This document shows positions 25,917-39,999 of a stretch of 64,000 bases of DNA, piece by piece. Positions within the stretch are counted from its first letter, which is position 1. The number at the start of each line of letters is the position of its first letter. The DNA lies in assembly GCA_964016885.1 (NCBI GenBank), contig OZ024746.1, positions 27,342,001 through 27,406,000 on the forward strand. Direction: 5' to 3'. The translations under genes were made by a program, and so were the position numbers. The notes beneath the pieces are model-generated. The model was not told the origin of the DNA, made no database searches, and worked only from the letters and a program-made list of their open reading frames with translations. The DNA is from Eledone cirrhosa. Its lineage: Eukaryota.

Positions 25917-28900
25917 ATATGCAGTTATTAGATGCAACATTTTTGGAATGTTTTACATATTTTTACTGTTCCATTAATTGATTGTACTTGTAGTTTCCTA
26001 ACTAGTTGTGTTCTTTCTGTTCCTGTGAAGCCTAGCTTTTCAAGATTTGTATTGAGGCAGTTACTAACATATCTCAGTGCCCCAATAATCACAGGCATAT
26101 ATCTGAAGGTGTAATCAGGGTGGAGTATCTGCAGATTTCTCATCAGTTCTGCATAAATATTCTCCTTTTCACTAATCTTTGATATTATATTGGCATCTGC
26201 TGGGCAGCTAATTTCCACTACTGTGCATGTTTTCTTCTCCCTGTCCCATATCATAATATCTGCTCTGTTATGCCTGCATTTTATTGGGGTTTTTACTGGA
26301 ACATTCCACCAGTACTCTTTCATATTATGTACATGGATGTCTTCCACATTGTTGTAGCTTTTAATGTGTTTATTATCGGGGCTATCTTTTTTACGAACTG
26401 CATTGTACAGTGTTTTGGCCACTACATCATGCCTCATAGGTAGATAGTACCGCGATGACATCTTTGGGCAGCTGGTGATGACATGGGTGATATCCTCTAT
26501 GTTAGTTCTGCATAGTCTGCACTTGTTATCACATCTAGGTGTTTTGCCTGCATCCCTATCTCTTTTGTGAATCAGGTATTTCGTGCTAATCTCCTGTTCT
26601 TGGATTGCAAAAGCGGGAGCCAATATAGCGGTTGTTGGTCCAAGATAGACTACTTTCCTTATCTATATTACTCTCACTCTGGAGCTTCCTGGCAACATAT
26701 CCATGCATGATTTTTTGCTGATAGGCATGCAGTTTTTCATCCATGGATGAGCGACATCCCTGGGTGTGAGTTTTTGATTATCACACAGGGAATATCTCTC
26801 AAGGAGTTCCTTCCCAACTCTCATGATCTTATCTGTTTCATGCAGATAGACTTGCTCGAGAAGCGGGCTCCTACGCTTCGAGATTCGTAGATGTTGTCGG
26901 AGAGATATGATGCGACATTCAAATGTTGTCTGGACTGATGTTAGGCCTCTGCCTCCCTGCTTACGTTTCAAGTAAAGGCGGTCTATGTCACTGTTGATGT
27001 GGAAGTTTCCGGTGTTATTCAGTATTTTTCGAGTTCCAACATCAACTGCTCGGATTTCGTCTATTGTCCAATTGAGTATTCCAAACGTTGGTGTTAGGAC
27101 AGGCACAGCAAACACATTGTGAGCCACTGTTTTGTTTTGCGCAGAGAGTTCCGATGACCAGATCTTTCTTAATCGGGTGTATTATTCCCTGGTTACGCGT
27201 TCTTTATTACAGATACCATTATAGGATATGTTCTCATCTATCCCCAGGTATCTGTAGCAGTCCTCATCAGATATCGGTGAAACAGTTAGACCATTGATGA
27301 CAATGTTGCTAGATTGGGTTGTTGTTTTTCCCCGCTTTACAGTCATGTATGAGCATTTATCTTGGCCAAACTCCATTCCTATATCCTTTGAGAACGTTGT
27401 AACCAGGTCAAGATTTTTCTTCATCCCATCCATGTTCTTGGCATAGAGTTTCAGATCGTCCACAAAGAAGTTATGGGTTAGGTTCGTATTTCTGCCCTCC
27501 TGTGAGCCAATGATGTATCCCTCACATTTCTTGAGCAGAAAGGACAAGGGGTTTAATGACAAGATGAACAATATCACAGAGACTGTCCCCCTGAAATATA
27601 CCCCTGCAATATTTTATTTTATCAGTGATAATAGAGTCCTCCCTCTCTGTCTTTAACCTTAGGATAGTAGCCCAAGAAGAAGACAGCCTCTCTATGGCTC
27701 TGATAATAATGTCTGGGACTTTAGCAAGTTGGAGGGCCTCTATCATCCAAGAGTGGAGAACAGAAACGAAAGCTTTCTTGTAGTCCAGCCAGACTAGTCA
27801 TATTCCTCCTAAGTTGTCGCACCTCTGACATCGCAGTTTTGTTGATTAGGAGCTGTTCAGCACATCTCCAAACCCTTTTCTTTCCAGCTGCTTGTTCATC
27901 TGTGATGATATTATTATATTCACAGTGATCTTGGAGGAATAGGTTCAGGCAGGCTGGTTACATCTTATACATCAGGTTCTGGCATGCAATGGGTCGGTAG
28001 TTTTTTGCCAAGTGGGTGTCTTTGTTCTTGGGGACCAGTAACGTTTGTGCTAATGTCAACCATTCTGGTATAAGTGTATCTCCCTTAAGAACTTGTTGGT
28101 AGAGGTCAGTAAGATACCTCCGATAGAATATTAGTTTTTTGTACCAGTAGCCGACAATCATGTCTCTTCCTGGTGTTTTCTTATCTTGGAGTTTTCCTAT
28201 CACAGTCTCAAGGGTACCCTCACTTATTTCGTATGTTTTTGTTGTAGTGTAGGAGCAATAGTTCTTTCGGATTTCTCTTAGCCACACTGCATCTTGGTTG
28301 AAATTCTTCTTTTCACCCCATATTTTTCACCAAAAGGAATCTATGTCTTTCTGGTGACACTTATTATTTTGCCCTTCATATCTCTATAGACTGATGTTTG
28401 GTTTCGTCTGAATCTTTTATTAAGCATTTTTCTCTCATCTACCTTCTTCAGGTATCGGCGTTTTTCGCTAACAGCTCTCAATTCTTGTTTGAGGGTGATC
28501 AGCTTATATTGAAGAGTTCTGGTTCTACTTTTACCAAACATCGTCTCTATTTTATTTTTCACTCTTTGTTGGTGAGGAGTGAGGTTTTTTGTGTTTGTTT
28601 GCATGTAAGGAGCATTGTCACATGTCCTATGTTTTTTCGTAGGTCAGCACTCTTTTTTTCTATTTTAGTTAAATATGATGGTATTTTTGGTGGTGTTTTG
28701 TTCTTGTTAATATCTCTGCTATCACCAAGATAATGCTTCAATGTCATTGCTAAGGTATATAAACAGGCGTTGATTTTCCAAAATGTTGGGGTTTTTATCC
28801 GTCGTAAATATTCATCCCCAATTTTGTCAATAACACGTAGTATTTCATTATTTGGTTTTTTATTCACCATTGTCATTTTAACACGTTCAGCCAGAGAGAT

Positions 28901-29777
28901 ATTTATACATGAGTTAATTTCTCTCTGGAAGATTTCGTTGAGGGAAATTTTCAATTGTTTATACTTTTGATTATCATTATCGATAGTATTTTCCACAACA
29001 GTCGAGGTAGACTCGGATGGTATACGTGGTGTCACATTTATTCGATTATTATTATTATTTCTTCGATTATTATTATTATCGATAGTGTTTTCCCCAGCAT
29101 TCGAGGTAGACTTAGATGGTACAGGTGGTGTCAAGTTTCTTACAGGCATAGTTGTTTCAAGGCGCTGTTCGACCTGGCTGCTAGGAAGTCTATTAGCAGG
29201 GCGATCTGTAGCACGTGTTGTTGATTCATTGTTTGTTGTGGGGGACTTACAATTAATAATATTTATCTTATTTTTACGTTCAACAAACGTCGCTTGTTGG
29301 CGTAATTGTTTCGCTGTGAAATAATTTAGCTCTGGGTGCATTTCGTCCCAGTGTAGCTTCATTCTATTCATATAGCCAATGGAGGGATTGTTTTTTGCCA
29401 TTTTATAACAATTAAATAAATCACTATTAAGTTCACAACTCCAAGAGAAATTCGATTTATAATTTCGGTTTCTTCTGTACCTACAACTGAATAAAGTTTG
29501 ATTACCTTCTTTGTTATTTGTCTTCGATACTTCCTTAATTTTCTTGTTGATGTTGTGTTCAGCCATGCTGTTTATAGCAAATCCTTGTAAAATGAATTAT
29601 GTATTTAGTCGGATATCTCTACGAATTCGAATAAAAGGTGTCTTCAGAAGGGATAGTTAGAAGAATAACCAGTTATTCAACCTGGCTGTAGTTGTGGCAT
29701 TATTGTCGGAGATAGTATTCATCTTAAATTTAATAAATAGTCTCCCACGCCAAAATATGCGACTGATCGCGTTGACT
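25914..29777 (-). mobile_element. Near full-length R4/Dong-clade non-LTR retrotransposon family A (RT + CCHC + restriction-like endonuclease), frameshifted
   Basis: Successive ORFs 29566-25928 contain KNYRPIAC, GIFQGDSL, FFVDDLKLY, YRYLGI, GGRGL, CRLC..E...H...SC, RHD, RADI and VVEISCP; the 5' end abuts (CATA)n. Confidence 0.92.
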
Positions 29778-29907
29778 ATGTATGTATGTATGTATGTATG
29801 TATGTATGTATGTATGTATGTATGTATGTATGTATGGATGTTTGTATTATGTATGTGTGTTTTATATATATATATATATATGTTACATATGCACATATAT
29901 ATACACT

Positions 29908-29943
<36 letters not shown>

Positions 29944-30022
29944 AATATCTATCAATATATATGTGTGTGTGTGTGAGATATATATATATATTTATATATA
30001 GTTAGATATATGTATATATACA

Positions 30023-30073
<51 letters not shown>

Positions 30074-30904
30074 CAAACATCGAGTTGTTTCACATATTGC
30101 ATTAAACATTAAATAATTAAACATTAGAGAGTGCAGTATAATTTAATTTGAAAATACCCCTAGAGGGCGCTACTGTGATGTACTCTGATTATTGCTCTCT
30201 CTTTTTTTTTCTCTCTCAACTTTTTACAGAAACCAAAAATGTCGTTTTGCTCCAAGTTACAACATTTTGAAATGTTGATATTCTTTTCATACGACCAATG
30301 TTTAAATTTAGCAAATGAATTATAATGAAATAAATGCAAAAATTCTGTATAGAAGAATAATTGACATGGTTTCATAAATAATTTGAGATGTGATATTGAA
30401 AAAAAAAAAATGCATTAAAATTATTCCTTCAACTTGGAAGCAGATTTTCAAAGGAATTAAAATATCATAAAACATTAGCACGCATTAATCCACTACAAAA
30501 GCATTTCACTGGAATTCTGTACCGGAGCAGCTATATTTCATGAATTATTAAAACGTTTATTGATTTGCTTCCAATTAGTAAAACTAATTAAAATATGAAA
30601 GACTAGAGATATTCATAAAATAGCAATAAGGCATTATTGAATACAATTTGTTAAGCACAGTTCAGTTAAGGAAACTTTTAGACGATTTGAAATAGTTTTT
30701 GAAAGGAATGTGAGGCAGAGTGGGGTAGTTTGAGGGATTTAGTAAAATATGTATACATACATATATCATACATACATGCATAAACACATATATACATTCA
30801 TACATATATGCATACACACATAAATACATGCTTACACACATAAATGCATGCTTACATACACATATATATACATATATATAAATCAGGATAGAACCAGTTT
30901 AAAA

Positions 30905-31000
30905 CTAGTTAGACCATTACTCAAGAGAGTACACGATACTTAGGATAGTAGATTAAGTAGCTGTTGAAACGGCAAGAGCTCAGCCGTCTGGCTGCGACTC
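30905..31000 (+). ncRNA. Decayed relative of the 19.6-kb hammerhead family
   Basis: tagctgtt-GAAAC-ggcaagagctcagcc-GTC; the 5' core is not recognisable. Confidence 0.4.
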
Positions 31001-31041
31001 TTTGGGGATAATTGCTGGCCTTATGCCAAAATAGAAACAAT

Positions 31042-31095
<54 letters not shown>

Positions 31096-31097
31096 AA

Positions 31098-31448
31098 TGG
31101 AATAGAATGAAACGAAATTTCATTTCTCACTCTTAGTACGGCAGTTACTTAAATGTAAGTATGTATGTATGTATACGTACATACATATATGTATACAGAC
31201 GTACAGTAGTATGTATATATATATACATACATGCAGACATATATATATATGCACGTATCGGTTTACCGAACATTTATTATAATGCTCGGTTTGTCTGTAA
31301 ACAAACAAACAGCCCGAATTACGCCGTACAGTGTTTAGGCAAACACGTCACCTTTTTGTTCAACACTGACACAGGAACGATGTACTAGTTTCAAGCTTAT
31401 TAGCTATCGTCAGCATCGTATACTTTCCTGCCAGATGGTTGAACGTCT
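31098..31448 (-). mobile_element. Short hammerhead-bearing element, copy 2
   Basis: Colinear with 10421-10785. Confidence 0.7.
31377..31419 (-). ncRNA. Minimal type I hammerhead ribozyme
   Basis: Minus strand: acgatg-CTGACGA-tagc-taataa-gctt-GAAAC-ta-GTA-catcgt; perfect 6-bp stem I. Confidence 0.8.
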
Positions 31449-31471
31449 GAAAGTATATACTTTCCTTATGC

Positions 31472-31553
<82 letters not shown>

Positions 31554-31586
31554 CACACACACAAAAGTTTTTGCCAGAATGTATAA

Positions 31587-31635
<49 letters not shown>

Positions 31636-31672
31636 CGACAGACAACACCTTTCTCCCACCCCGGAAAAAAAA

Positions 31673-31708
31673 CCCCAGTTGATGGATGTGATTCCGAAAT
31701 ATATAGGG
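31673..31708 (+). ncRNA. Degenerate minimal hammerhead motif
   Basis: ccc-cagttga-tgga-tgtgat-tcc-GAAA-tatata-ggg; core mutated relative to CTGATGA; donor-like aggtaac downstream. Confidence 0.4.
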
Positions 31709-31944
31709 ACAATTAAATCTCTCCCAAGGTAACTCTCTCTCGTGTTGCTATTTTTATTTTTATCCTTTACGCTCTTTCCTTCATTCCTCTACACGTCTTA
31801 TACACGCCACGCATCTCAACGTACACCCACTTACATCTCTCTCTCTACCACCGGAACTTGTCACCCGGAGATTTACCCATTTGCATTGTCGAGGCTTCCA
31901 AACGACTTAAAGAAATTTACCATATATATATATATATATATATA

Positions 31945-32519
31945 TATTTTGAAAAATTGATTGAATTTTTACTTGTTCTGCTTATCTTGATATTATGTTC
32001 TGGTATATCAAATTATTACCATAGAACCACCTTAAATCATAGACTTACTATATATTTCCGGGGGTACATTGTACCCTCAGATATATATTAACCTTTTTCA
32101 ATAATCTCCATATGTAGAGATACAAATTTTGTCGTTATATTTAGTTACTAAACATCTTTTTTTTTTTAGTGACGAGCTATAGACGGCGAGTCTACGATTT
32201 CCCGCCTTCACTATACACCAATGTATTTACGGGTCACTTTCACGACCTTTTAGACCTGTATTAGTTGGAGTGAGGTCATATATTTTGTCGTTCCTGGGGT
32301 TATTAACCCTAGGACAGGAAAATGCTTCTCTGATGATCGTTGCTTTTCCATTAATATCCTGGTGATATTTAATGTTTTGCACCGTGAAACTGTACAGTTA
32401 GGGCCATTAGAATAGGTAGATATTTATATTATATTTTTTAATTTTGATTAATTTTGATTGTATATTAATTTTGATTTATTTTGAAAAATTGATTGAATTT
32501 TTACTTGTTCTGCTTATCT

Positions 32520-32524
<5 letters not shown>
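31945..32524 (+). mobile_element. Penelope-like remnant with ~48-bp terminal direct repeat and hammerhead (32321-32408)
   Basis: tattttgaaaaattgattgaatttttacttgttctgcttatcttgata at both ends; aatgcttct-CTGATGA...GAAAC-tgtaca-GTT-agggccatt. Confidence 0.65.
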
Positions 32525-32563
<39 letters not shown>

Positions 32564-32782
32564 TTATACATTCTGGCAAAAACTTTTGTTGCTCATGTAC
32601 ACAATAGATCCTTACGGGGTCGATAATATAAAGTACCAGTAATACACTGGGTAAAAAAGTAGAAACAATTATATATCCATACACTCATATGTGTTTCTAT
32701 ATATGGTGTATTGTAATACGAATACATGTATGTAGTGATGTAATAACCCATACACAATATATATATATATGTGTGTATATAA

Positions 32783-33700
32783 GACGTCATGTAGTGTGCG
32801 CACATGTGTTTAGTGTAGTGATGTAATAACCCATACATATATATATGTGTGTATATAAGACGTCATGTAGTGTGCGCACATGTGTTTAGTGTAGTGATGT
32901 AATAACCCATACACATATATATATGTGTGTGTATATATGACGTCATGTAGTGTGCGCACATGTGTTTAGTGTAGTGATGTAATAACGCATACACATATAT
33001 ATATGTGTGTATATATGACGTCATGTAGTGTGCGCACATGTGTTTAGTGTAGTGATGTAATAACCCATACGCATATATATATGTGTGTGTATATATGACG
33101 TCATGTAGTGTGCGCACATGTGTTTAGTGTAGTGATGTAATAACCCATACACATATATATGTGTGTGTATATATGACGTCATGTAGTGCGCGCACATGTG
33201 TTTAGTGTAGTGATGTAATAACCCATACACATATATATATGTGTGTGTATATATGACGTCATGTAGTGTGCGCACATGTGTTTAGTGTAGTGATGTAATA
33301 ACCCATACACATATATATATGTGTGTGTATATATGACGTCATGTAGTGCGCGCACATGTGTTTTGTGTAGTGATGTAATAACCCATACACATATATATGT
33401 GTGTATATATGACGTCATGTAGTGTGCGCACATGTGTTTAGTGTAGTGATGTAATAACCCATACACATATATATATGTGTGTATATATGACGTCATGTAG
33501 TGTGCGCACATGTGTTTAGTGTAGTGATGTAATAACCCATACACATATATATATGTGTGTATATATGACGTCATGTAGTGTGCGCACATGTGTTTAGTGT
33601 AGTGATGTAATAACCCATACACATATATATATGTGTATATATGACGTCATGTAGTGCGCGCACATGTCTTAAATGTAGTGATGTAATAACCCATACACGC
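32783..33700 (+). repeat. ~76-80 bp minisatellite, about 12 near-identical units
   Basis: tgacgtcatgtagtgtgcgcacatgtgtttagtgtagtgatgtaataacccatacacatatatatatgtgtgtatata. Confidence 0.95.
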
Positions 33701-33964
33701 ATAGGTCTGTGTATATATAGCATCTTGCAATATGTGTACATGTGTGTACAGATGTTATAATCCATACACTGATATGTGTGTGTATATATAACGCCTGCAG
33801 TATGTAAAGTTTTCCTTGGTCAGTTAAAATGCTGTGTTAGACTTCCGATAACAGTTGCTTTCAGAAGATTTCCCAAGATGTATCTATGATTGTATATATA
33901 TTTACTTCATACTTTATAGGAAAAAAAAACTGTATATAAACTGCATGTTTCAACAAACTATATG

Positions 33965-34051
<87 letters not shown>

Positions 34052-34156
34052 CTGTATCATTGCATCAATTGGTGTATCTTTGAAAACATGTGCACATGTA
34101 TGATGTATGCTCGAATGTCTGCATATCCATGTATACTTATATATATATACACACAT

Positions 34157-34251
<95 letters not shown>

Positions 34252-34591
34252 TCATATATATATATATATATTTACATATTTATATTACATATGTACTTAC
34301 GATACTGTGAATCAAGTTAACTATAAGGTGAATGAATATATAACACCAACACCACCACCAATAGCAACAACAGCAGCAACAACAACAACAACAACGAAAA
34401 CTGTCAATAAAAAGTAGGTCTCTAGATAAAAACAAAATATGGTGTATATGCATACATTCACTCTATACAAGTAAAAAATACTCAAAAAATCTCAAGTGAA
34501 AGCGATATTGAGGCTGTTGTAGTGAGATGGAGAAAGGGGGAGAGAGAGGTAGTGAGAGAGAGAGAGAGAGAGTGAGAGAGAGGGAGAGAGG

Positions 34592-34672
<81 letters not shown>

Positions 34673-36049
34673 ATGCTGTTTGATATGAAATGTTATGTCG
34701 GTAATATCAATCAAACCATTCCTTAAACTCTAAGCAACTGAGAGAAATATTCCGTTAGAAAAAGTAAACGAAATTAAACCAACAGTAAAACATATAAACC
34801 ACGGGAATATATGAGTCTTTGTTATTAATGGAATGGATCTCGATCAGTTTGCGCGATGAGTGTTGTAGTTGCTTGATCAGTGGAACTACCTGCTCGGGAA
34901 ATTGACGTGCAAGTGGCTGAGTATTTCAGGCATCCGTGTACCCATAACCTACCTTTGAGATTTATACAACACGGGGCCGTGTGTGACACGAGGAACATGT
35001 ATCTTTAAAATACTTTTAAGATTGAGAGTTAGATAGTGTGTGACTTGAACACTGATCTGAATTGCAGATACATTCCATTCGACAGACTTCCTCGTAGTTT
35101 CTGTCTACCCAATATCATTCACAAGCCTTGTGTTGACTCGAGCCTACTGTATATGATAGATAGAAGCTACGTCATGTGATGAACCCGAGACTTTAAGATT
35201 GCCAGGAAAGTTTGCCGCGCTACGTCCATGTCGCAATAAAGTACCTCAAACTATTAAACATTGTTTTCGCTATTTCTGATTTTGGTTTTCTATTTGTGAC
35301 ACAATACAAATAATATATCGACCGTTTGGCCGCTGTGGAACGTGTTTGAAAAACACATCGAAAGATCTTCTGTGGGATTTTATAATCACCAAGGGAAAAT
35401 TTGTTCAGTTATTAGCCATCAAGGCACTTCATGTGTATTCTGGGGCCGCAGAGAGTTTCTTTTGAATGACTAAGGCTATTGAGGAATATTGCATATTCTG
35501 TGGCCATCAAGAGAGCTCTGGTGGTGGGGCCAACGATAAAGATTCTGTAGAGGTTTCAGCAATTGAGGAAGGTTCTGTAGGGGCTTGAGCCATCGTATAA
35601 CTTTCTGTTAGTAGCTTAAACATTTAATAAGGTTTCTGTAGGAGTTTGAGCCATCATGTGGTTTTCGATTGGTAGCTTAATCGCAGGAGTACTTGTTTGC
35701 TTTCGAGCATTTACACGAACCCCTACGTGGTCACCTAATCTGGTATAAACAACAGTAAGATCTAGGTGATATTACATAATGTCTTCTTATCATGTTAACA
35801 TGTTTTCTGCTTTAACGCTCTTGTATTATTTGATTAAGACTAAGAGTGTCGTGTGAAGGCTTTTGGCTACTATTTTAGCAGATGAAGAGGCTGTGGAGAG
35901 GACTCACATGACTGATCATTAAACTATTGGATAGTTGACAGAGAATGTATAATGGAATTACTTATCCATTTCTTCTAATTACTGGAGGTAGGTGATGTAC
36001 AACAAACGCTATTTCATTTTATATACCAGCCCAATAAAAGTTACAGATA

Positions 36050-36500
36050 ATTGTCAACAAAATGTGATAATTCTCTACATAATTCATGATCAACATCATT
36101 ATTTTAATCAGCAAACTTTCCAGTATCAACGTTCTCTGATTCAGCATCAAGACACAAGATCTTTGACAGGATTCCTAATAGCATGCTGTGTATAGACGAT
36201 TGAAATTGGATTGTAGAAGTAATAATGAGTCTAAACACCCAAATGCTTTGTGAATGACATTAAGATACACTTCTGACATTGAAGCATTAGCAAATCTTGG
36301 TAATACATTATCAAATTGACGACTTGATATACGGTTACATAATAAAGTCGTGGTTTGAATTCGAAAGTATTATTGCTTGAGAGAATACGTATACTAAATG
36401 GTATGTTGTCATTCTAGAGCTTCATGTATCGTACGATGGTTTAAACAGGCACAAAACGCAGTAACTGGAATGATCATTATGCTAAGAAGGTTAACGGTAT
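36050..36500 (+). mobile_element. Probable highly decayed Ty3/gypsy RT fragment
   Basis: Ordered remnants TFQYQR, KIFDRIPNSMLCIDD (36156-36200), LANLGNTLS, IRILNGMLSF and NWNDHYAK follow the gypsy RT motif order; many stops. Confidence 0.4.
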
Positions 36501-36989
36501 ATAATTACCTGTTCCATGCTGGTAATTGGTTGTACTGTTCCAACAAGAAGAATAAAACAACATAGATATATGTTAACATGTATAATTAAACTACCCAGGC
36601 AATACAAGATTAGTAAATAAATTTGATAATCAGAACAAGTTACACAGATTTGGCAAATTTAGGCCGATGATTCTGACAAATTTGGTGATGACGATGATGA
36701 TGGTGATGATAATGATGATGGTAATGGTGGTGGGGTGATGATGATGATGTTCATGTTTAAGTGGCTAAGTATTCATCTCTGTTTAATATCTACATACTTT
36801 TGGAGGTGTGCATTAATCATAATTCTGGCGAAACTTTGGAAAACTAAATAGCTTTTGTATATTGAAGGTATATTTTATCTGGAGTAGCTTATATACTAAT
36901 AAATCATATATGGTTTTCACATTCACATGCATACAAGGTTTCTCCCAAACGTAAGGGTACTGATGTTATATTTAAATGTATGTTACAAG

Positions 36990-37285
36990 TTATCTTCTTC
37001 AAAATACGACACTTGGGAAGTCATACGGTGGTTCCCATTTTCCCATTGATCGTTGCAGTACCCTAAGTCATTTTCTGTGAGTGTCCTTAACTCGTCGGTT
37101 ACAATGTTTGTTTTCCACAGCCCCAAAATGATGACCCGTCAACTTCGATTTCAACTTAACAGATCTGGGCTGTAGGGAGGAAGCGGAAGAGTAGGAAAGT
37201 TTTTCTTTGTCAGAAACACTCTAATTGAAAATGGTGCATTATCGTGGTGCAGTAACCAATCTTTTGCAATGTCCTTTCGGACAAA
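36990..37285 (-). mobile_element. Mariner transposase C-terminal fragment
   Basis: WLLHHDNAPFSIRVFLTKKNFPTLPLPPYSPDL, then KLKSKLTGHHF and terminal SYFEED. Confidence 0.85.
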
Positions 37286-37551
37286 AACAAGATGGTGTAG
37301 GACAGAGAAAAGGAGGGACACGAAATAACAAATTAGGCACTGATGAGGTTAAAGAATGTGTGACGAAAGAGCTTTGACAATAAATAAACAACCATCCGGC
37401 TTTTAAACCAACCAACTGGACATTTGTAAAATTGAAGTGAAAACGTGAGGTGCGTGTGTTTTTATTTGCAGCATCACCCTCCTAAAATATAACAATATCT
37501 CAACACACGTCTTCAGATAAGAAATCTCGCAAAACAAATACAAAAACGAGG

Positions 37552-37594
<43 letters not shown>

Positions 37595-37597
<3 letters not shown>

Positions 37598-37768
37598 TTG
37601 GAAGGTTTTTGATATGAAATCGTGTGTCGAAACAAGTATTGTTATACTTGCGGAGGGTCATATTGTTATAATATTGCCAGAAATAATAACAAAACAGACT
37701 CACTTGTGAGTGTGTTCTGTTATTTCTGGCAATATTATAACAATATGACTCTCCCCAAGTATAACTAT
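37595..37768. repeat. Hairpin-rearranged copy of the element at 62627-62970
   Basis: Inverted arms 37640-37686 and 37720-37765; 37602-37632 is the reverse complement of ~62928-62959. Confidence 0.75.
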
Positions 37769-38197
37769 ATATATACTATAAATTATGTCCATAGAATCAT
37801 TTGATAAGATATATACTCCATTTCCTCTCCCAATTAGCATAATCAACCACACAAAAAAACAATTAAACCAGGCTATAAGATTAAAAAGCACCTATGAAGA
37901 AATAATAGATAAATAAACGACAGCCATCTATTCGCGATCAATAGCCATAGAATATTTACCCAGCATTTCAATAGCACGTGGAAATCGATTAAATATATCG
38001 TCAACCATACACAATTAGGTATAAAATTAAAGTTAGAAGAAAAAATGCATATACACATACCAGGATTACGTTTCTAGCCTTCAGGATTTCGTTCACTTTC
38101 GGAAATATATATATATAATATAATATAACTTAGAGTTTACACTCAATGGGGTCATTTACAATTATTTCAGCTCTAAAAATCGCTTCTGAGCAGTATA

Positions 38198-38510
38198 AAT
38201 TAATATATGATAAACATTTACATGTTTTAGTTGCAATTGACTAATAAAATAGTTAGAATGAAATATCTTAATTCAAATACATATAGTTTGCCTGTACGAT
38301 CTAAAATATATCTGCAGAAAAAGTTTGTATTTTGAAATTTAAACGTGTCTAGGTACCAAGGCCTTTTGCCCATATGGGTTTGTGAGTATTGATTTATAAT
38401 TTTTTAGATCGTACAGGCAAACTATATGTATTTGAATTAAGATATTTCATTCTAACTATTTTATTAGTCAATTGCAACTAAAACATGTAAATGTTTATCA
38501 TATATTAATT
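38198..38510. repeat. ~108-bp inverted repeat with ~96-bp spacer
   Basis: aattaatatatgataaac...gatctaaaa (38198-38305) versus ttttagatc...tcatatattaatt (38402-38510); arms appear identical. Confidence 0.9.
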
Positions 38511-38910
38511 AATATATATATATATATATATAGAGAGAGAAAACAAATATAATGAACTCGAATAAACATGTTCATGCGCACGTCATCAACAATCATACAC
38601 ACACATAAATTTACACTGATGGTGATGGTATGTTTGAAAACTGAAATAATAGGTAATATATTTAACAAGTTCATTACTTTTACCGTGACAACTTTTGAGA
38701 ACTGCAATGTGTGATTTGACTAGAGCATCAACTGTTTTAACGACACATTCAAGAGACTATATATATATGTATACGTGTGTGCATGTGTGTGTGTGTATGT
38801 GTGTGTGCCCGTGTGTGTACATATATATATATATGTATACATTGCATATGTATACATATCTATCTATATACTGATACATACATTCTCCCACGCCGCACAC
38901 AAGCTTGTAT

Positions 38911-38967
<57 letters not shown>

Positions 38968-38983
38968 GGTGTATATATATATA

Positions 38984-39063
<80 letters not shown>

Positions 39064-39246
39064 TTTTTTTAGGCAGTTTGATGTGAATTAGATACCGATA
39101 CAATAGTTTCATTTATTCTTTTATTGCTATCATATGATTTTCAATTGTATGTTTTTATTTTGTATTGTCTTCTTCCTTTATATATATATATATATATACA
39201 ACTTTGTTTTTTTTCTTTGTTTATGTCTGTGTTTTGCGTTGTCGTC

Positions 39247-39326
39247 ATCTTCTTCTTCTTCTTCTTCTTCTTCTTCTTCTTCTTCTTCTTCTTCTTCTTC
39301 TTCTTCTTCTTCTTCTTCTTCTTCTT

Positions 39327-39357
<31 letters not shown>

Positions 39358-39371
39358 TCTTCTTCTTCTTC
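39247..39371. repeat. (TTC)n microsatellite
   Basis: Direct inspection. Confidence 0.95.
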
Positions 39372-39722
39372 AATTGCTATTCTTTCTTATCGTTGAAAAT
39401 TGCTTGTAGGAACTTGGAATAGTGTTATGAGTAACATTTCTCAATGAATATCATAAAATAAAATGCAAATAAATGACTAAAGAAATAATTAAATAAATAT
39501 TTATATATATATAAATATAAAAGTTTGAAGAAAAGAAAAAGCCTTACTAAGCCATTTCCAGAGGGAGTGAACGCGGTAGAAGTAATGCAGTTAGAGCTCT
39601 TGACACGAACGCTAAATATTTGATCAAGAAAGAGATAATTTAATTCAATATTCATTAGGAAGGTTGAATTGCAGAGACGTGAAATACAGACAGAGAAGAC
39701 AAATATACACACAACCACACAG

Positions 39723-39968
39723 ATGTATGTATGTATGTATGTATGTATGTATGTATGTATGTATGTATGTATGTATGTATGTATGTATGTATGTATGTAT
39801 GTATGTATGTATGTATGTATGTATGTGTGTATGTGTGTATGTATGTATGTATGTATGTATGTGTGTATGTGTGTGTGTGCATGTATATATGCATGTATGT
39901 GTGTGTATGTATGTATGAATGTATGTATGTGTGTATGTATGTATGCATGTAAGTATGTATGAATGCAA

Positions 39969-39999
<31 letters not shown>

